Counted from the stretch's first letter, positions 1 through 9,804 are shown. The stretch: DNA of 47,545 nt from Candidatus Scatovivens sp. (GCA_045648625.1 JAZROJ010000002.1:1-47545), one strand, 5' to 3'. Notes: generated by a model from the letters alone, not told the origin. Translations and numbers: made by a program.

Positions 1-860
1 AAAATATAATTGTTACTAACTGTCAAATAACACATTATAAAATTCCTGAAAAATTTAATAATTATAAAATAGTACAATTAACAGATATACATTCAATAAG
101 AAGTATAAAACAAAAGGATAAAATAATTACTAAAGTAAAAGAACAAAAACCACATACTATATTTATAACAGGGGATTTGATTGATTCTGACTATTATTTA
201 AAAGAAAGTAGTAAATATCAGGCAAAAGAAATCGAAACACCAGATGGATTAACAATAGAATTTGTTAAAGAATTAACTGAAATTGCAACAGTTTATTGGG
301 TTTATGGAAATCATGAAATGATGTTACTTGATGACCCTGAGAACAATGTATTTAAAGTAGCTTTAGAAGAATTAGGAGTTATTCTTTTAAATAATAAAAT
401 AGAAGAAATTAATATTGAAGGAGAGACTATAAGCTTAGTAGGAATGCAAGACCCAGCTACTTTATACAAAGATAAAAAATATGCTAATGTTGGTGAAAAT
501 AATAAAGATAAAGCTAAAAAAATGTTAGATGATTTATTTAATAATCAAGAAAATAACTCATATTCACAAGAAAAATTTACAATACTTTTATCACATAGAC
601 CAGAATATTTTAAAATATATACAGGATATCCGATAGATTTAGCATTAACAGGTCATACTCATGGTGGAATTGTTAAAATTCCAGAAGTAGGAGGGTTATA
701 TGCTCATCCTCAAGGATGGTTTCCAACATATTCAAGTGGAGCATATAAAGATGGAGAATTCCAGATGATAGTTGGTTCTGGTATAGGATATTCAAAAATA
801 CCAATTAGAATCTTTAATCCACCAGAAATTATATCAATAACACTTAATAGTGTAGATTAA
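1..860 (+). CDS. Calcineurin-like metallophosphoesterase, 5'-truncated by the window edge
   Basis: Frame 3 is open from base 3. Upstream of the track's TTG start it reads ...KIVQLTDIHS...TIFITGDLIDSD, followed by GNHE and GHTHGG, the D-x-H / GD / GNHE / GHxH metallophosphoesterase motif series. Stop at 858-860. Confidence 0.85.
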   Translation, partial: NIIVTNCQITHYKIPEKFNNYKIVQLTDIHSIRSIKQKDKIITKVKEQKPHTIFITGDLIDSDYYLKESSKYQAKEIETPDGLTIEFVKELTEIATVYWVYGNHEMMLLDDPENNVFKVALEELGVILLNNKIEEINIEGETISLVGMQDPATLYKDKKYANVGENNKDKAKKMLDDLFNNQENNSYSQEKFTILLSHRPEYFKIYTGYPIDLALTGHTHGGIVKIPEVGGLYAHPQGWFPTYSSGAYKDGEFQMIVGSGIGYSKIPIRIFNPPEIISITLNSVD

Positions 861-1070
861 TAAGGGCAGAAAATATACTAATTTAAATAGTAGATTTATA
901 TTAAATATTAGGATAAAAATTTTATTTTATATATTATAATTAAAAATAAATTAAATTTTGAAGAGTAGTGATAAACAAAAAAATATAAAATTAAAGAATG
1001 GCAAATAAAACGTCAACTGAAAAGGTAAATGCATTATTATGTAAATAAAATAAAAAAATCAAATAAGTGA

Positions 1071-1099
1071 TTGAAAAAAATAAAAATATATGTTATTAT
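1071..1099 (+). promoter_or_regulatory. Candidate sigma-A promoter of the pheST leader
   Basis: TTGAAA (1071-1076), 17-nt spacer, TATTAT (1094-1099), just upstream of the T-box leader. Confidence 0.5.
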
Positions 1100-1105
1100 A
1101 TTTTA

Positions 1106-1372
1106 TGTAAAATTTAATAAAGCCGATGAAAAAGCAAAGTAAGTAGATAGAAAATGTATTAAAGAGAGAATAAATTGTAAGCTGAAAGTTTATTCATACA
1201 TTATTTACTGAAATTTCACTTTTGAGGTTTTGGATTGAAAATATAGTAGGTTCAAACGATAGCAACGTTATAGCTATAATGAGGTTAGTTTAAAAAAGTT
1301 TAAATTAATAAAATTAGGTGGTAACACGGAAATATTCGTCCTATGCAGTAGAAATATTGCATAGGATTTTTT
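1106..1372 (+). promoter_or_regulatory. T-box leader (tRNA-Phe sensing) with intrinsic terminator
   Basis: Stem I-type elements AGAGAG (1163-1168) and GCTGAAAG (1181-1188). Candidate specifier TTC (1193-1195) followed by A. T-box motif AAATTAGGTGGTAACACGG (1311-1329). Terminator hairpin CCTATGCA (1340-1347) / TGCATAGG (1358-1365) plus a T-run (1367-1372). pheS lies downstream. Confidence 0.85.
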
Positions 1373-1455
1373 GTTTAATATTAAAGTTTGTTTTTGTATT
1401 AAATAAAATGCTACACGTGTTAATTGTTCTAAGCAGAAAATAAAGGAGGTATAAA

Positions 1456-2505
1456 ATGAAAGAAAAAATTAAAGAAATTCAAAGAGATGCCGAAGAGAAT
1501 ATTGCAAAAATACAAAATTTGCAAGAATTGCAAGAATTAAAAGTAAAATTATTAGGTAAAAAAAGTGAACTTTCATCACTTTTAAAAGGACTTGGAGGGT
1601 TAACTCCAGAAGAAAGACCTATAATTGGAGGATTAGTAAATGAAGCAAGAAATCAAATTGAGGAAAAGCTTGCTGAGGCTGAAAAAGTTTTTAAAGAGAA
1701 AGCTATTTCAGAAAAGTTAGAAAAAGAAAAAATAGATATTACAATGCCTAGTGTAAAAATAAAAAGAGGAAGTAAACACCCTATAAATAGAGTTATAGAA
1801 GAGATTCAAGACCTATTTGTTTCTATGGGATATGATGTAATAGAAGGTCCAGAATTAGAAACAGATGAATTTTGTTTTGAAAGACTAAATCTTCCACAAG
1901 GACATCCTGCAAGAGATATGCAAGATAGTTTTTATATTACTAACGAATATTTATTAAGAACTCAAACTTCAGCAGTTCAAGCAAGAACAATGCTTGCAAA
2001 TGAAGAAAAATCTCCAATTCGTATGATTTGTACAGGTAAAACATATAGAAGAGAAGATGATGCAACACATTCTCATCAATTCAATCAAGTTGAAGGTTTA
2101 GTAATTGATAAAAAAGAAATGAATGTATCTTTAGCAGATTTAAAAGGAACTTTAGAAGTTTTTGTTAAAAAAATGATAGGAGCAAATTCAGAATTAAGAT
2201 TTAGACCAAGCTATTTTCCTTTTACAGAACCTTCTTATGAAGTAGATGTTACTTGCTTTAAATGTGGTGGAAAAGGTTGTCCACTTTGCAAAAAAACAGG
2301 TTGGATAGAAGTTTTAGGAGCTGGAATGGTACATCCTCATGTATTAGAAATGAATGGATATGACCCAGAAAAATATGCTGGATTTGCATTTGGTACAGGA
2401 ATTGACAGATTAGCAATGTTTAAATATGGAATCACAGATATGCGTTATTTATATACTAATGATGTGAGGTTTTTAAGTCAATTTGATAGAAAGGATGAAG
2501 AATAA
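1456..2505 (+). CDS. pheS: Phenylalanine--tRNA ligase alpha subunit
   Basis: RBS AAAGGAGG. Class II aaRS blocks ([43 protein letters not shown]). Preceded by a Phe T-box and followed by pheT. Confidence 0.97.
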   Translation: MKEKIKEIQRDAEENIAKIQNLQELQELKVKLLGKKSELSSLLKGLGGLTPEERPIIGGLVNEARNQIEEKLAEAEKVFKEKAISEKLEKEKIDITMPSVKIKRGSKHPINRVIEEIQDLFVSMGYDVIEGPELETDEFCFERLNLPQGHPARDMQDSFYITNEYLLRTQTSAVQARTMLANEEKSPIRMICTGKTYRREDDATHSHQFNQVEGLVIDKKEMNVSLADLKGTLEVFVKKMIGANSELRFRPSYFPFTEPSYEVDVTCFKCGGKGCPLCKKTGWIEVLGAGMVHPHVLEMNGYDPEKYAGFAFGTGIDRLAMFKYGITDMRYLYTNDVRFLSQFDRKDEE

Positions 2506-2555
2506 TCTTGTAAAGATACTAATTTATTTACAAAATTAGATTTTGGAGGTAAGAA

Positions 2556-4922
2556 ATGATATTAAGTAAAAACTTTTTAAAAGACTATGTTGATATAGAT
2601 GTAGATGTAAAAACTTTAGCAGAAGATATGACTAGAGTTGGAAACGAATATGATAGTGCTGAAAAACTAATACCTAGTACAAAATTAATAATTGGTAAAG
2701 TATTAGAATGTGAAAATCATCCTGATTCTGACCATTTGCATGTTTGTAAAGTAGATATTGGAACAGAAGTATTGGATATTGTTTGTGGTGCACAAAATGT
2801 AAGAGCTGGAATTAAAGTTATTGTTGCACAAGTTGGAGCTGAACTTCCAGGAGATTTCAAAATAAAAAAAGGGATGATTAGAGGACAAGAATCTAATGGA
2901 ATGATATGTGCTTTATATGAAATTGGGCTTGACAAAAAATTCCTATCTGAAGAAGATAAAAATGGTATTCATATTTTGAGTGATGAAGCACCTGTTGGGG
3001 CAGATCCAATTGAATATTTAAAATTAAATGATGAAATAATCGATTTTGAACTTACAGCAAACAGAGGAGATTTATTAAGTATATTAGGAATGGCTTATGA
3101 AGTAGGAGCTATTTACGGAAAAGAAGTAAAAGAGCCAGTTCTATCACACAAAGAAGAAGGAGAAGACTTAAACAATAGTTTTTCAGTAAATGTAAATACT
3201 GATAATTGTAAATTGTTTTTAGCTAGAAAAGCTTTAAATGTAACTATTAAAGAAAGTCCAGATTTTATAAAAAATAGATTAATAGCTTTAGGAATAAGAC
3301 CAATTAACAATGTAGTAGATATTAGTAATTATGTTATGATGGAACTTGGGCAACCTTTACATTTTTATGATGCTGATAAATTAGAAAACTGTATAGAAAC
3401 AAGAATGGCCGAGCAAGGAGAAAAATTAACAACATTAGATGGTATAGAAAGAGAATTAGAAAATACTGATATAGTAATTTCAGATGGAAAAAGAGCTATA
3501 GGATTAGCTGGAGTTATGGGTGGTTTAGACACAGAAATCGTAGAAACAACAAAAAATGTATTAATAGAAGCAGCTATATTTGATTCTGTAAAAGTTAGAA
3601 AAACATCTAAAAAAATAATAAGAAGTGAAGCTAGCAATCGTTTTGAAAAAGGATTAGACCCAAATAGAACTTATATGGCTATGGCAAGAGCTGTTAAATT
3701 ATTAGAAGAATATGCCAGTGCTACAATTCAAACAGGAACTGTTGTATATGATAAAACTGATAAAACAGAAAAGAAAATAGATATTACAGTAAATGATATT
3801 AATACACTTTTAGGAACTTCAATAGAAAAAGAAGAAGTTTTAAATGTATTTAAAAAATTAGGATTTTCTTATTTAGTAGAACAAGAAAAAATTACTGTAA
3901 TAGTACCAACTAGAAGATTAGATATTTCTATAAAAGAAGATTTAATTGAAGAAGTTGGAAGAATTTATGGAGTAGATAATATTAAAGGAAAATTACCTAC
4001 AGTACCAATGAGAATGGGAAGTGTAAATAAAACAGAAAGAGGAATTAGAGATAAAATGGTTTCTCTAGGTTTAAATGAAACTTTATCTTATATATTAATT
4101 AATGATAAAGAAGTTCATAAATATACAAACGATTCATTTGAAGAGTTATCTTTATTAGATCCAATGACAGAAGATAGAAACACTTTAAGATATAGCTTAA
4201 TCCCTTCTTTATATAAAATTTATGAATACAATAAATCTCATTATACAAAAGATGTTTGTATATTTGAAATAGGAAAAGGTTTCTGGAAAAAAGAAGAAAT
4301 TTATGGTGAAGATACAAAATTATGTGGTTTAATGACTGGAGATTATTATTTAGGAATAGGAAATAAAAAACAAGTAGATTTCTATATAATAAAAGGAATA
4401 GTAGAAGAGGTATTAGATTATTTAGGATATGGAAATCGTTATAGTTTTGTATTACCAAAACAAAATTTAAAAGAATTCCATCCAGGTCAAGTAGCAGAAA
4501 TAAATGTTAATGGAGAAGTTCTAGGAGTGATTGGTAGAATTCATCCAGAAATTTCAAAAGAACCAGTATTTGTATTTGAAATAAACTTACAAAAATTATT
4601 AAATAAAAAAGTAAGTAAAATGAAATTTAAAGAAATTTCTATTTATCCTACAATTAAAAAAGATATAGCAATTATGTTAGATAAAAAGGTAACTTCAGAA
4701 GAAATTTCAAAAGTTATAAAAAAAGCAGGAGGAAACTTGTTAGTAGCTCAAGAAATGTTTGATATATATACTAGTGAAGTATTAGGAGACAAAAAAAGTG
4801 TTGCTTATTCATTAGCATTTGGTTCAAATACAAAAACTCTAACAGATGATGAAGTAAATCCTGTATTAGATAAAATAATTGAAGCATTAGAAAAATCATT
4901 AAATGCAGAATTAAGAAAATAA
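2556..4922 (+). CDS. pheT: Phenylalanine--tRNA ligase beta subunit
   Basis: 788 aa. N-terminal tRNA-binding domain (GKVLECENHPDSDHLHVCKVDIG), then B3/4 and B5 regions and a C-terminal FDX-ACB-like end. Starts 50 nt after pheS with RBS GGAGG. Confidence 0.97.
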   Translation: MILSKNFLKDYVDIDVDVKTLAEDMTRVGNEYDSAEKLIPSTKLIIGKVLECENHPDSDHLHVCKVDIGTEVLDIVCGAQNVRAGIKVIVAQVGAELPGDFKIKKGMIRGQESNGMICALYEIGLDKKFLSEEDKNGIHILSDEAPVGADPIEYLKLNDEIIDFELTANRGDLLSILGMAYEVGAIYGKEVKEPVLSHKEEGEDLNNSFSVNVNTDNCKLFLARKALNVTIKESPDFIKNRLIALGIRPINNVVDISNYVMMELGQPLHFYDADKLENCIETRMAEQGEKLTTLDGIERELENTDIVISDGKRAIGLAGVMGGLDTEIVETTKNVLIEAAIFDSVKVRKTSKKIIRSEASNRFEKGLDPNRTYMAMARAVKLLEEYASATIQTGTVVYDKTDKTEKKIDITVNDINTLLGTSIEKEEVLNVFKKLGFSYLVEQEKITVIVPTRRLDISIKEDLIEEVGRIYGVDNIKGKLPTVPMRMGSVNKTERGIRDKMVSLGLNETLSYILINDKEVHKYTNDSFEELSLLDPMTEDRNTLRYSLIPSLYKIYEYNKSHYTKDVCIFEIGKGFWKKEEIYGEDTKLCGLMTGDYYLGIGNKKQVDFYIIKGIVEEVLDYLGYGNRYSFVLPKQNLKEFHPGQVAEINVNGEVLGVIGRIHPEISKEPVFVFEINLQKLLNKKVSKMKFKEISIYPTIKKDIAIMLDKKVTSEEISKVIKKAGGNLLVAQEMFDIYTSEVLGDKKSVAYSLAFGSNTKTLTDDEVNPVLDKIIEALEKSLNAELRK

Positions 4923-4966
4923 TAATAGTGATTTATTTAACAAAATTTATCATGTATATAAAAAAA

Positions 4967-4998
4967 CACCAAGAGTTTTGAAACTCTCGGTGTTTTTT
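4967..4998 (+). terminator. Intrinsic terminator after pheT
   Basis: Stem CACCAAGAGTT (4967-4977) / AACTCTCGGTG (4982-4992) with one mismatch, loop TTGA, T-run 4993-4998. Confidence 0.8.
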
Positions 4999-5077
4999 GC
5001 TTTAGTTGTGCGTATTCCTAAACTAGAAATAGTAACAGGAATGCCTAAGCGAAAGTGCGCTTAGATTACGACTCTTT

Positions 5078-5590
5078 TTAGGACTGCGCCAGGGTATCCG
5101 TTATCCAAACATGGAGATATTTAGGGTTGCTCTTGCTTCTTCCAATTACGGCAACGACAAAACTCTTCGGGTCGACAACAAATTCTTTGTCGAAATACCA
5201 AGTGTCATCGTCAATAAACAGCGGCATGGTTTTGAATGCAAATAAGTCTTTGGATGATAATGTATGATTCTTAACTTTTTGCATAATCATAGTTGCTGTT
5301 GCTTTGGAACGAAGCATATCTGTCATCCGATGCTCAGGGACAATATGAACGACAATTTTTTCCGATTCCAGTTCTTTTTCCATCATTCGATTCAAAAGCT
5401 TATGGGCAATAGGATCTTTGGAGAAGAGTTCCGAGATTTTGGAGATATCTTCCTGGTCTGCAAATGTCTTCGGACCGATAATGTACCAGAAGCCAAGAAG
5501 ACTACGATCAGAAACCCACGAAGGCCTAGATTCCTTCTGCTGATACATAAACCGGATTGCGTCGTTTACCTGGGTGTTGATGTTTGCCAT
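5078..5590 (-). CDS. Hypothetical 170-aa protein, no family recognised, in a GC-rich insert
   Basis: RBS AGGAG 6 nt before the ATG, with its own consensus promoter (5673-5701). G+C is 54/120 = 45% in 5081-5200 (hand count), against low-to-mid 20s % in native genes. No TM segment or motif I recognise. Confidence 0.7.
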   Translation of the reverse strand: MANINTQVNDAIRFMYQQKESRPSWVSDRSLLGFWYIIGPKTFADQEDISKISELFSKDPIAHKLLNRMMEKELESEKIVVHIVPEHRMTDMLRSKATATMIMQKVKNHTLSSKDLFAFKTMPLFIDDDTWYFDKEFVVDPKSFVVAVIGRSKSNPKYLHVWITDTLAQS

Positions 5591-5672
5591 GATGTACTCC
5601 TAAAAAAATATAAAATTTGTATAGAGTCGTAGATTCCCAAGTAGGAACCAAAACTACTCAACATACTATTAT

Positions 5673-5701
5673 AGTATAGCACGATTGACATAAAATGTCA
5701 A
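5673..5701 (-). promoter_or_regulatory. Sigma-A promoter of the 170-aa gene; the -35 lies inside a perfect palindrome
   Basis: On the - strand: TTGACA (5701-5696), 17-nt spacer, TATACT (5678-5673). The -35 is one arm of TTGACAT-AAA-ATGTCAA (5685-5701). Confidence 0.6.
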
Positions 5702-5756
5702 ATTGCTAATCCTTACATATATTAAATATTCTATTTATTAGGAGATTTGTGATAAA

Positions 5757-5790
5757 ATGAAAAAGCATGGGAAGTCCCATGCTTTTGATA
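5757..5790 (-). terminator. Intrinsic (bidirectional-looking) terminator after the PfkB kinase gene
   Basis: Stem AAAAGCATGGG (5761-5771) / CCCATGCTTTT (5776-5786), 4-nt loop, A-run on one side and T-run on the other. Starts 8 nt past the kinase stop. Confidence 0.8.
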
Positions 5791-5797
5791 TTTTGCA

Positions 5798-6805
5798 TTA
5801 CCGATTGATATCTTCTGTGATACCCTTTTTGTGTTTTTGGATGATATTTTCAACTTCTGATTTGTTAGAAATTAAAATATCACCTGGAATGGTGCATTTT
5901 AAAGCTGAGAAAGCATCTCCATATTCTTGCGCAATTTGGCAAGAATAATTGAAATTAAGCAAGCCATAAAGTACACCAGCAATATAGGCATCACCACTAC
6001 CAACTCTATCTATAACATCAATATCATAAGGTTTAGAAGAGTGATAATATTTTTCTCCAAACTTTTGAAAAATAAGAGAAGAGAATTGGTGATGGCTTTG
6101 ATCAATAACTTTGCGTTTAGTGGAAACAATGTTTTGGATGTTATAAGTTTTCGAAAATTTTTTTAAAATTTCTTCATGTGTTCCTGTACATCTAAACATT
6201 TTCCTGCAAGTTTCTTCTGAAATAAAGAGAATGTCAACATAAGGTAAAATTTCCTCAATTGTTGCTTTAGCTTCTTCTTCACTCCAAAGATTGGCCCGAT
6301 AGTTTACATCAAAAGAGATTGTAGTATGACAAGCCGCAAAAGATTTTATCATCTCTATTGCGGTTTTTCGAGTGTTTTCACTTAAAGCAAGTGTTATGCC
6401 TGTTGTGTGAAAAATTCTCGCAGATGAAAAGAAATCAATTCCATAATCTGCAAGAGTGCTTTCAATAAAACTACTATTTCTTCTGTCATAAACCACAGAG
6501 GGGGTACGCGGGCGAGAGCCTTGTTCATAATAATAAGTTCCAACTCGCTGACCTCCATGTGCAATGAATTCTGTATTGATATTATACGAATTCAAAAAAT
6601 GTTCGACCCATCTGCCCATAGAATTGTCCGGAAGTTTTGTTATAATAGCTGTTTTGAGGTTTCCAATAGTGGAAATGGCAGCAGAAACATTAACTTCTGC
6701 TCCTCCTAAAGCCATTCTAAGCAAATCTGTCCTTTCAAGCCTCTCAAATGGGTTGTTAGGTTCGAACCGGATTAAGGGTTCTCCAAAGGTAATAACATCA
6801 TACAT
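5798..6805 (-). CDS. PfkB-family carbohydrate kinase (2-dehydro-3-deoxygluconokinase-like)
   Basis: 335 aa. N-terminal ITFGEPLIRF...GGAEVNVS and C-terminal DRVGSGDAYIAGVLYG (PfkB signature 2, GxGD). RBS AAGGAGG. Visibly GC-richer than its flanks. No partner sugar-acid genes adjacent. Confidence 0.85.
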   Translation of the reverse strand: MYDVITFGEPLIRFEPNNPFERLERTDLLRMALGGAEVNVSAAISTIGNLKTAIITKLPDNSMGRWVEHFLNSYNINTEFIAHGGQRVGTYYYEQGSRPRTPSVVYDRRNSSFIESTLADYGIDFFSSARIFHTTGITLALSENTRKTAIEMIKSFAACHTTISFDVNYRANLWSEEEAKATIEEILPYVDILFISEETCRKMFRCTGTHEEILKKFSKTYNIQNIVSTKRKVIDQSHHQFSSLIFQKFGEKYYHSSKPYDIDVIDRVGSGDAYIAGVLYGLLNFNYSCQIAQEYGDAFSALKCTIPGDILISNKSEVENIIQKHKKGITEDINR

Positions 6806-7075
6806 AAAGTACGCCTCCTTATTAGTATTTATTTAATGATGTTTGCAAAATATCTTTTTACCTCACTTATAATTTTTTGTGAGACAAAAGATTAAGCGTT
6901 GGTATTATATCAGGAAAAACTACTTTTTTCAATAGAATGTAAATACATAAAATCAAAATAAAACCTACAGATTGATTTTTTTGAATTTTAACTATATAAT
7001 AATCAAAAATTTAAAAGAAAGGGAGTAATCAATTAAATAGATTAATATTTCTAGATAACTGATTATACGAAAAAT

Positions 7076-7978
7076 ATGGAGAAAAATTTAGATTTTTTAC
7101 ACAAACTACTTTTAGAACAATTTGAAGAAAATATAGTAAATAAAATTATAGAAGGATATGAAGCAAAGAGAAAAGTTTCATTAAGAGTAAATACCCTAAA
7201 AACAGATAGGGAAAAAATAAATGAGATATTAAAATCAAATGACATTAATAGCACAAGTGTAGAATTTTACAAAGAAGCTTATATAATAGAAAATGCAAGA
7301 GAAGATAAAATAAAAGATTTAGATATGTTTAATAATGGAGAAATTTATTTACAAAGTCTATCTTCAATGATACCACCAATAGTGCTAAATCCTAAAAAAG
7401 GAGAAAATATTTTAGATATGGCAGCAGCACCAGGTGGAAAAACAACACAGATGGCTGTTTTATCAGAAAATGAGGCTATGATTACAGCTTGTGAAAAAAA
7501 CAAAATAAGAAGTGAAAGACTAAAATATAATTTAGAAAAACAAGGCGCAACTAAAGTAAATGTAATGGTAGAAGATGCTAGAAATTTAAGTGATTATTTT
7601 TCTTTTGATAAAATATTATTAGATGCTCCTTGTAGTGGAAGTGGCACAATATCATTAAAAGAAGAAAATACATACAAAAGTTTTTCTAAAGAATTGATAG
7701 AAAGATCTGCAAAAACACAAGAACAGCTTTTAACAAAAGCTTTAAAAATATTAAAATCAGGCGGAGAAATGGTTTATTCAACTTGTTCTATACTAGCTAA
7801 AGAAAATGAAGATATTGTAAATAAAGTTTTGAAAAAATTTAAAGCTGAAATTATACCAATAGAAGATGAATGGACAAAAGAAATACCAAAATTACCAGTA
7901 AAATTAAAAGGAACATTATGTGTTTGTCCAAATGAATTATATGAAGGATTTTTTGTAGCAAAAATAAAAAAAGTATAA
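7076..7978 (+). CDS. RsmB/RsmF (NOL1/NOP2/Sun) family RNA m5C methyltransferase
   Basis: DMAAAPGGKT (SAM motif I), DAPCSGSG (motif IV Pro-Cys), YSTCS (motif VI Thr-Cys). Confidence 0.85.
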   Translation: MEKNLDFLHKLLLEQFEENIVNKIIEGYEAKRKVSLRVNTLKTDREKINEILKSNDINSTSVEFYKEAYIIENAREDKIKDLDMFNNGEIYLQSLSSMIPPIVLNPKKGENILDMAAAPGGKTTQMAVLSENEAMITACEKNKIRSERLKYNLEKQGATKVNVMVEDARNLSDYFSFDKILLDAPCSGSGTISLKEENTYKSFSKELIERSAKTQEQLLTKALKILKSGGEMVYSTCSILAKENEDIVNKVLKKFKAEIIPIEDEWTKEIPKLPVKLKGTLCVCPNELYEGFFVAKIKKV

Positions 7979-8070
7979 AAAATATTTAATAAATTAAGAA
8001 AAAAATATTGAATTTTAATTAAAAAACACCTAAAAAAGAGCATAAAACAGCAATAAAAATGCAAAAAAGC

Positions 8071-8098
8071 TTGCATTTGTGATATTTTGTGATATAAT
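8071..8098 (+). promoter_or_regulatory. Candidate sigma-A promoter of tig
   Basis: TTGCAT (8071-8076), 16-nt spacer, TATAAT (8093-8098). Confidence 0.55.
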
Positions 8099-8138
8099 AA
8101 ATAGGCATGTTTTAAGGAAAGAAATTGGAGGAATTAAA

Positions 8139-9593
8139 ATGAGTGTAAAAGTTGAAAAGACAGAAAACAAAAATGAGTTAAAATTAGAATTTAAAGTAGA
8201 AGCAAAAATATTTGATGAAGGAATGAAAAAAGTATTTGCTAAAAGTTCTAAATACATTAGTATACCAGGATTTAGAAAAGGAAAAGCACCAATGAATATT
8301 GTTGAAAAATATTATGGAGCAGAAATTTTCTATGAAGATACATTTAATGAAATAGTACCAAGCATATATGATGAAGCTATCAAAGCAGAAAAATTAGAAG
8401 TTGTTAGCAAACCAAATATCGAAGTAATCCAAATAGGAAAAGGACAAGAATTAATATTTACAGCTATAGTTCAAACTAAACCAGAAGTAAAACTTGGAAA
8501 ATATAAAGGAATTTCATTAGAAAAAAATGAATATAAAGTAACAGACCATGATGTAGAACACGAATTATTACATATGGCAGAACACAATTCAAGAATGGTT
8601 ACAGTAACAGATAGACCAGCAGAAGATGGAGATATAGCTGTAATTGATTTTGTTGGAACTGTAGATGGAGTAGAATTCGAAGGTGGAAAAGCTGAAAATC
8701 ATGAATTAGAATTAGGAAGCGGAACATTTATCCCTGGTTTTGAAGCACAAGTAGTTGGAATGAAACCAGAAGAAGTAAAAGATGTAAATGTTAATTTCCC
8801 AGAAGATTATTTTTCAAAAGATTTAGCTGGAAAACCTGCAGTATTTAAAGTAACATTACATGAAATCAAGAAAAAAGAATTACCAGCAATAGATGATGAA
8901 TTTGCAAAAGATGTTAGTGAATTCAACAATCTTGACGAATTAAAAGCTGATATCAAATCAAAAAAAGAAGCTCAAAATGCAGATAGAGCAAAAGCAGAAT
9001 TAGAAGAAAAAGCAGTAAGAGCAGTAGCAGAAGCATCAGAAGTAGAAATTCCATCAGGAATGGTAGAAGTAGAGCTTGATAATATGGCAGAAGATATGAA
9101 TAGAAGATTATCATATCAAGGAATTTCTTTTGAACAATACTTACAAATGTTAGGAAAAACAATGGCTGATTTCAGAAAAGAAAGTGAAGAACCAGCTAAA
9201 GAATCTATAAAAATGAGATTAGTATTAGAAGCTGTTTGCAAAGATGCTAAAATCGAAGTTTCTGAAGAAGAATTAAATAGCAAAGTTACAGAACTTGCTA
9301 CAAGCTATGGAAGAAAAGAAGAAGATTTAAAAGCAAATGAAGGCTTAATGAATCATATTGCAGAAAACGCAAAAACAGAAAAAGCAATAAAAACAATCAT
9401 TGATGAAGCAAAAGTAAAAGTTGTAGAAGTAGAAGAAGAACATGAATGTGAACATACAAAAAAAGCTGCTAAAAAAACAACTACTAAAAAAACAGCTAAA
9501 AAAGAAGAAAAAGTAGAAGAAAAAGCTGAAGAAAAAGAAGAAGTAAAAGAAGCTAAAAAAACATGTAAAAAATCTACAAAAAAAGCTGAATAA
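8139..9593 (+). CDS. tig: Trigger factor with a Lys/Glu-rich C-terminal extension
   Basis: I place the start at ATG 8139 (RBS GGAGG 8127-8131, N-terminus MSVKVEKTENKNELKLEF) rather than the track's 8079. FKBP-type PPIase core (IDFVGTVDGVEFEGG). Followed by clpP-clpX. Confidence 0.93.
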   Translation: MSVKVEKTENKNELKLEFKVEAKIFDEGMKKVFAKSSKYISIPGFRKGKAPMNIVEKYYGAEIFYEDTFNEIVPSIYDEAIKAEKLEVVSKPNIEVIQIGKGQELIFTAIVQTKPEVKLGKYKGISLEKNEYKVTDHDVEHELLHMAEHNSRMVTVTDRPAEDGDIAVIDFVGTVDGVEFEGGKAENHELELGSGTFIPGFEAQVVGMKPEEVKDVNVNFPEDYFSKDLAGKPAVFKVTLHEIKKKELPAIDDEFAKDVSEFNNLDELKADIKSKKEAQNADRAKAELEEKAVRAVAEASEVEIPSGMVEVELDNMAEDMNRRLSYQGISFEQYLQMLGKTMADFRKESEEPAKESIKMRLVLEAVCKDAKIEVSEEELNSKVTELATSYGRKEEDLKANEGLMNHIAENAKTEKAIKTIIDEAKVKVVEVEEEHECEHTKKAAKKTTTKKTAKKEEKVEEKAEEKEEVKEAKKTCKKSTKKAE

Positions 9594-9616
9594 TAAATAA
9601 GTTTATTAAATTTCAA

Positions 9617-9650
9617 AGAGAGTACGAAAGTACTCTCTTATTATTTATTT
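9617..9650 (+). terminator. Intrinsic terminator after tig
   Basis: AGAGAGTAC (9617-9625), loop GAAA, GTACTCTCT (9630-9638), then a T-rich tail. Confidence 0.75.
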
Positions 9651-9699
9651 TAATGTCGAAAAACGAAACATAAAATTACAAGAAATTTACAAATAAATA

Positions 9700-9728
9700 T
9701 TGAAAAAAAATAGCATTTAGTATATAGT
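9700..9728 (+). promoter_or_regulatory. Candidate sigma-A promoter of clpP
   Basis: TTGAAA (9700-9705), 17-nt spacer, TATAGT (9723-9728). Confidence 0.5.
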
Positions 9729-9804
9729 AAGTTAGAGTTTAAAGGAAATACAAAAAAAGAAATTTAAAACAAGAGATTATTAACAAAAAGAAAGGATGAT
9801 AAAA

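Noticed and set aside
2703-4458. Five - strand ORFs inside pheT
   Set aside because: They are antisense to a highly conserved full-length pheT, with no RBS and low-complexity translations.
5264-5632. 122-aa + strand ORF overlapping the 170-aa - strand gene
   Set aside because: Only the - strand ORF has an RBS (AGGAG), a consensus promoter and a sensible composition. The + strand product is Cys/His/Phe-rich junk and runs into the promoter region.
6751-6772. tRNA T-arm-like GGTTCGAACCGG
   Set aside because: It lies inside the kinase N-terminal coding region (PLIRFEPNN). No acceptor, D or anticodon arms can be built around it.
5757-6836. Four + strand ORFs (63-90 aa) overlapping the PfkB kinase gene
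   Set aside because: They are antisense to a full-length kinase with both PfkB signature regions and have no translation signals.
9651-9795. CtsR operator (tandem GGTCAAA heptads) upstream of clpP
   Set aside because: No GTCAAA repeats are present in the clpP upstream region.
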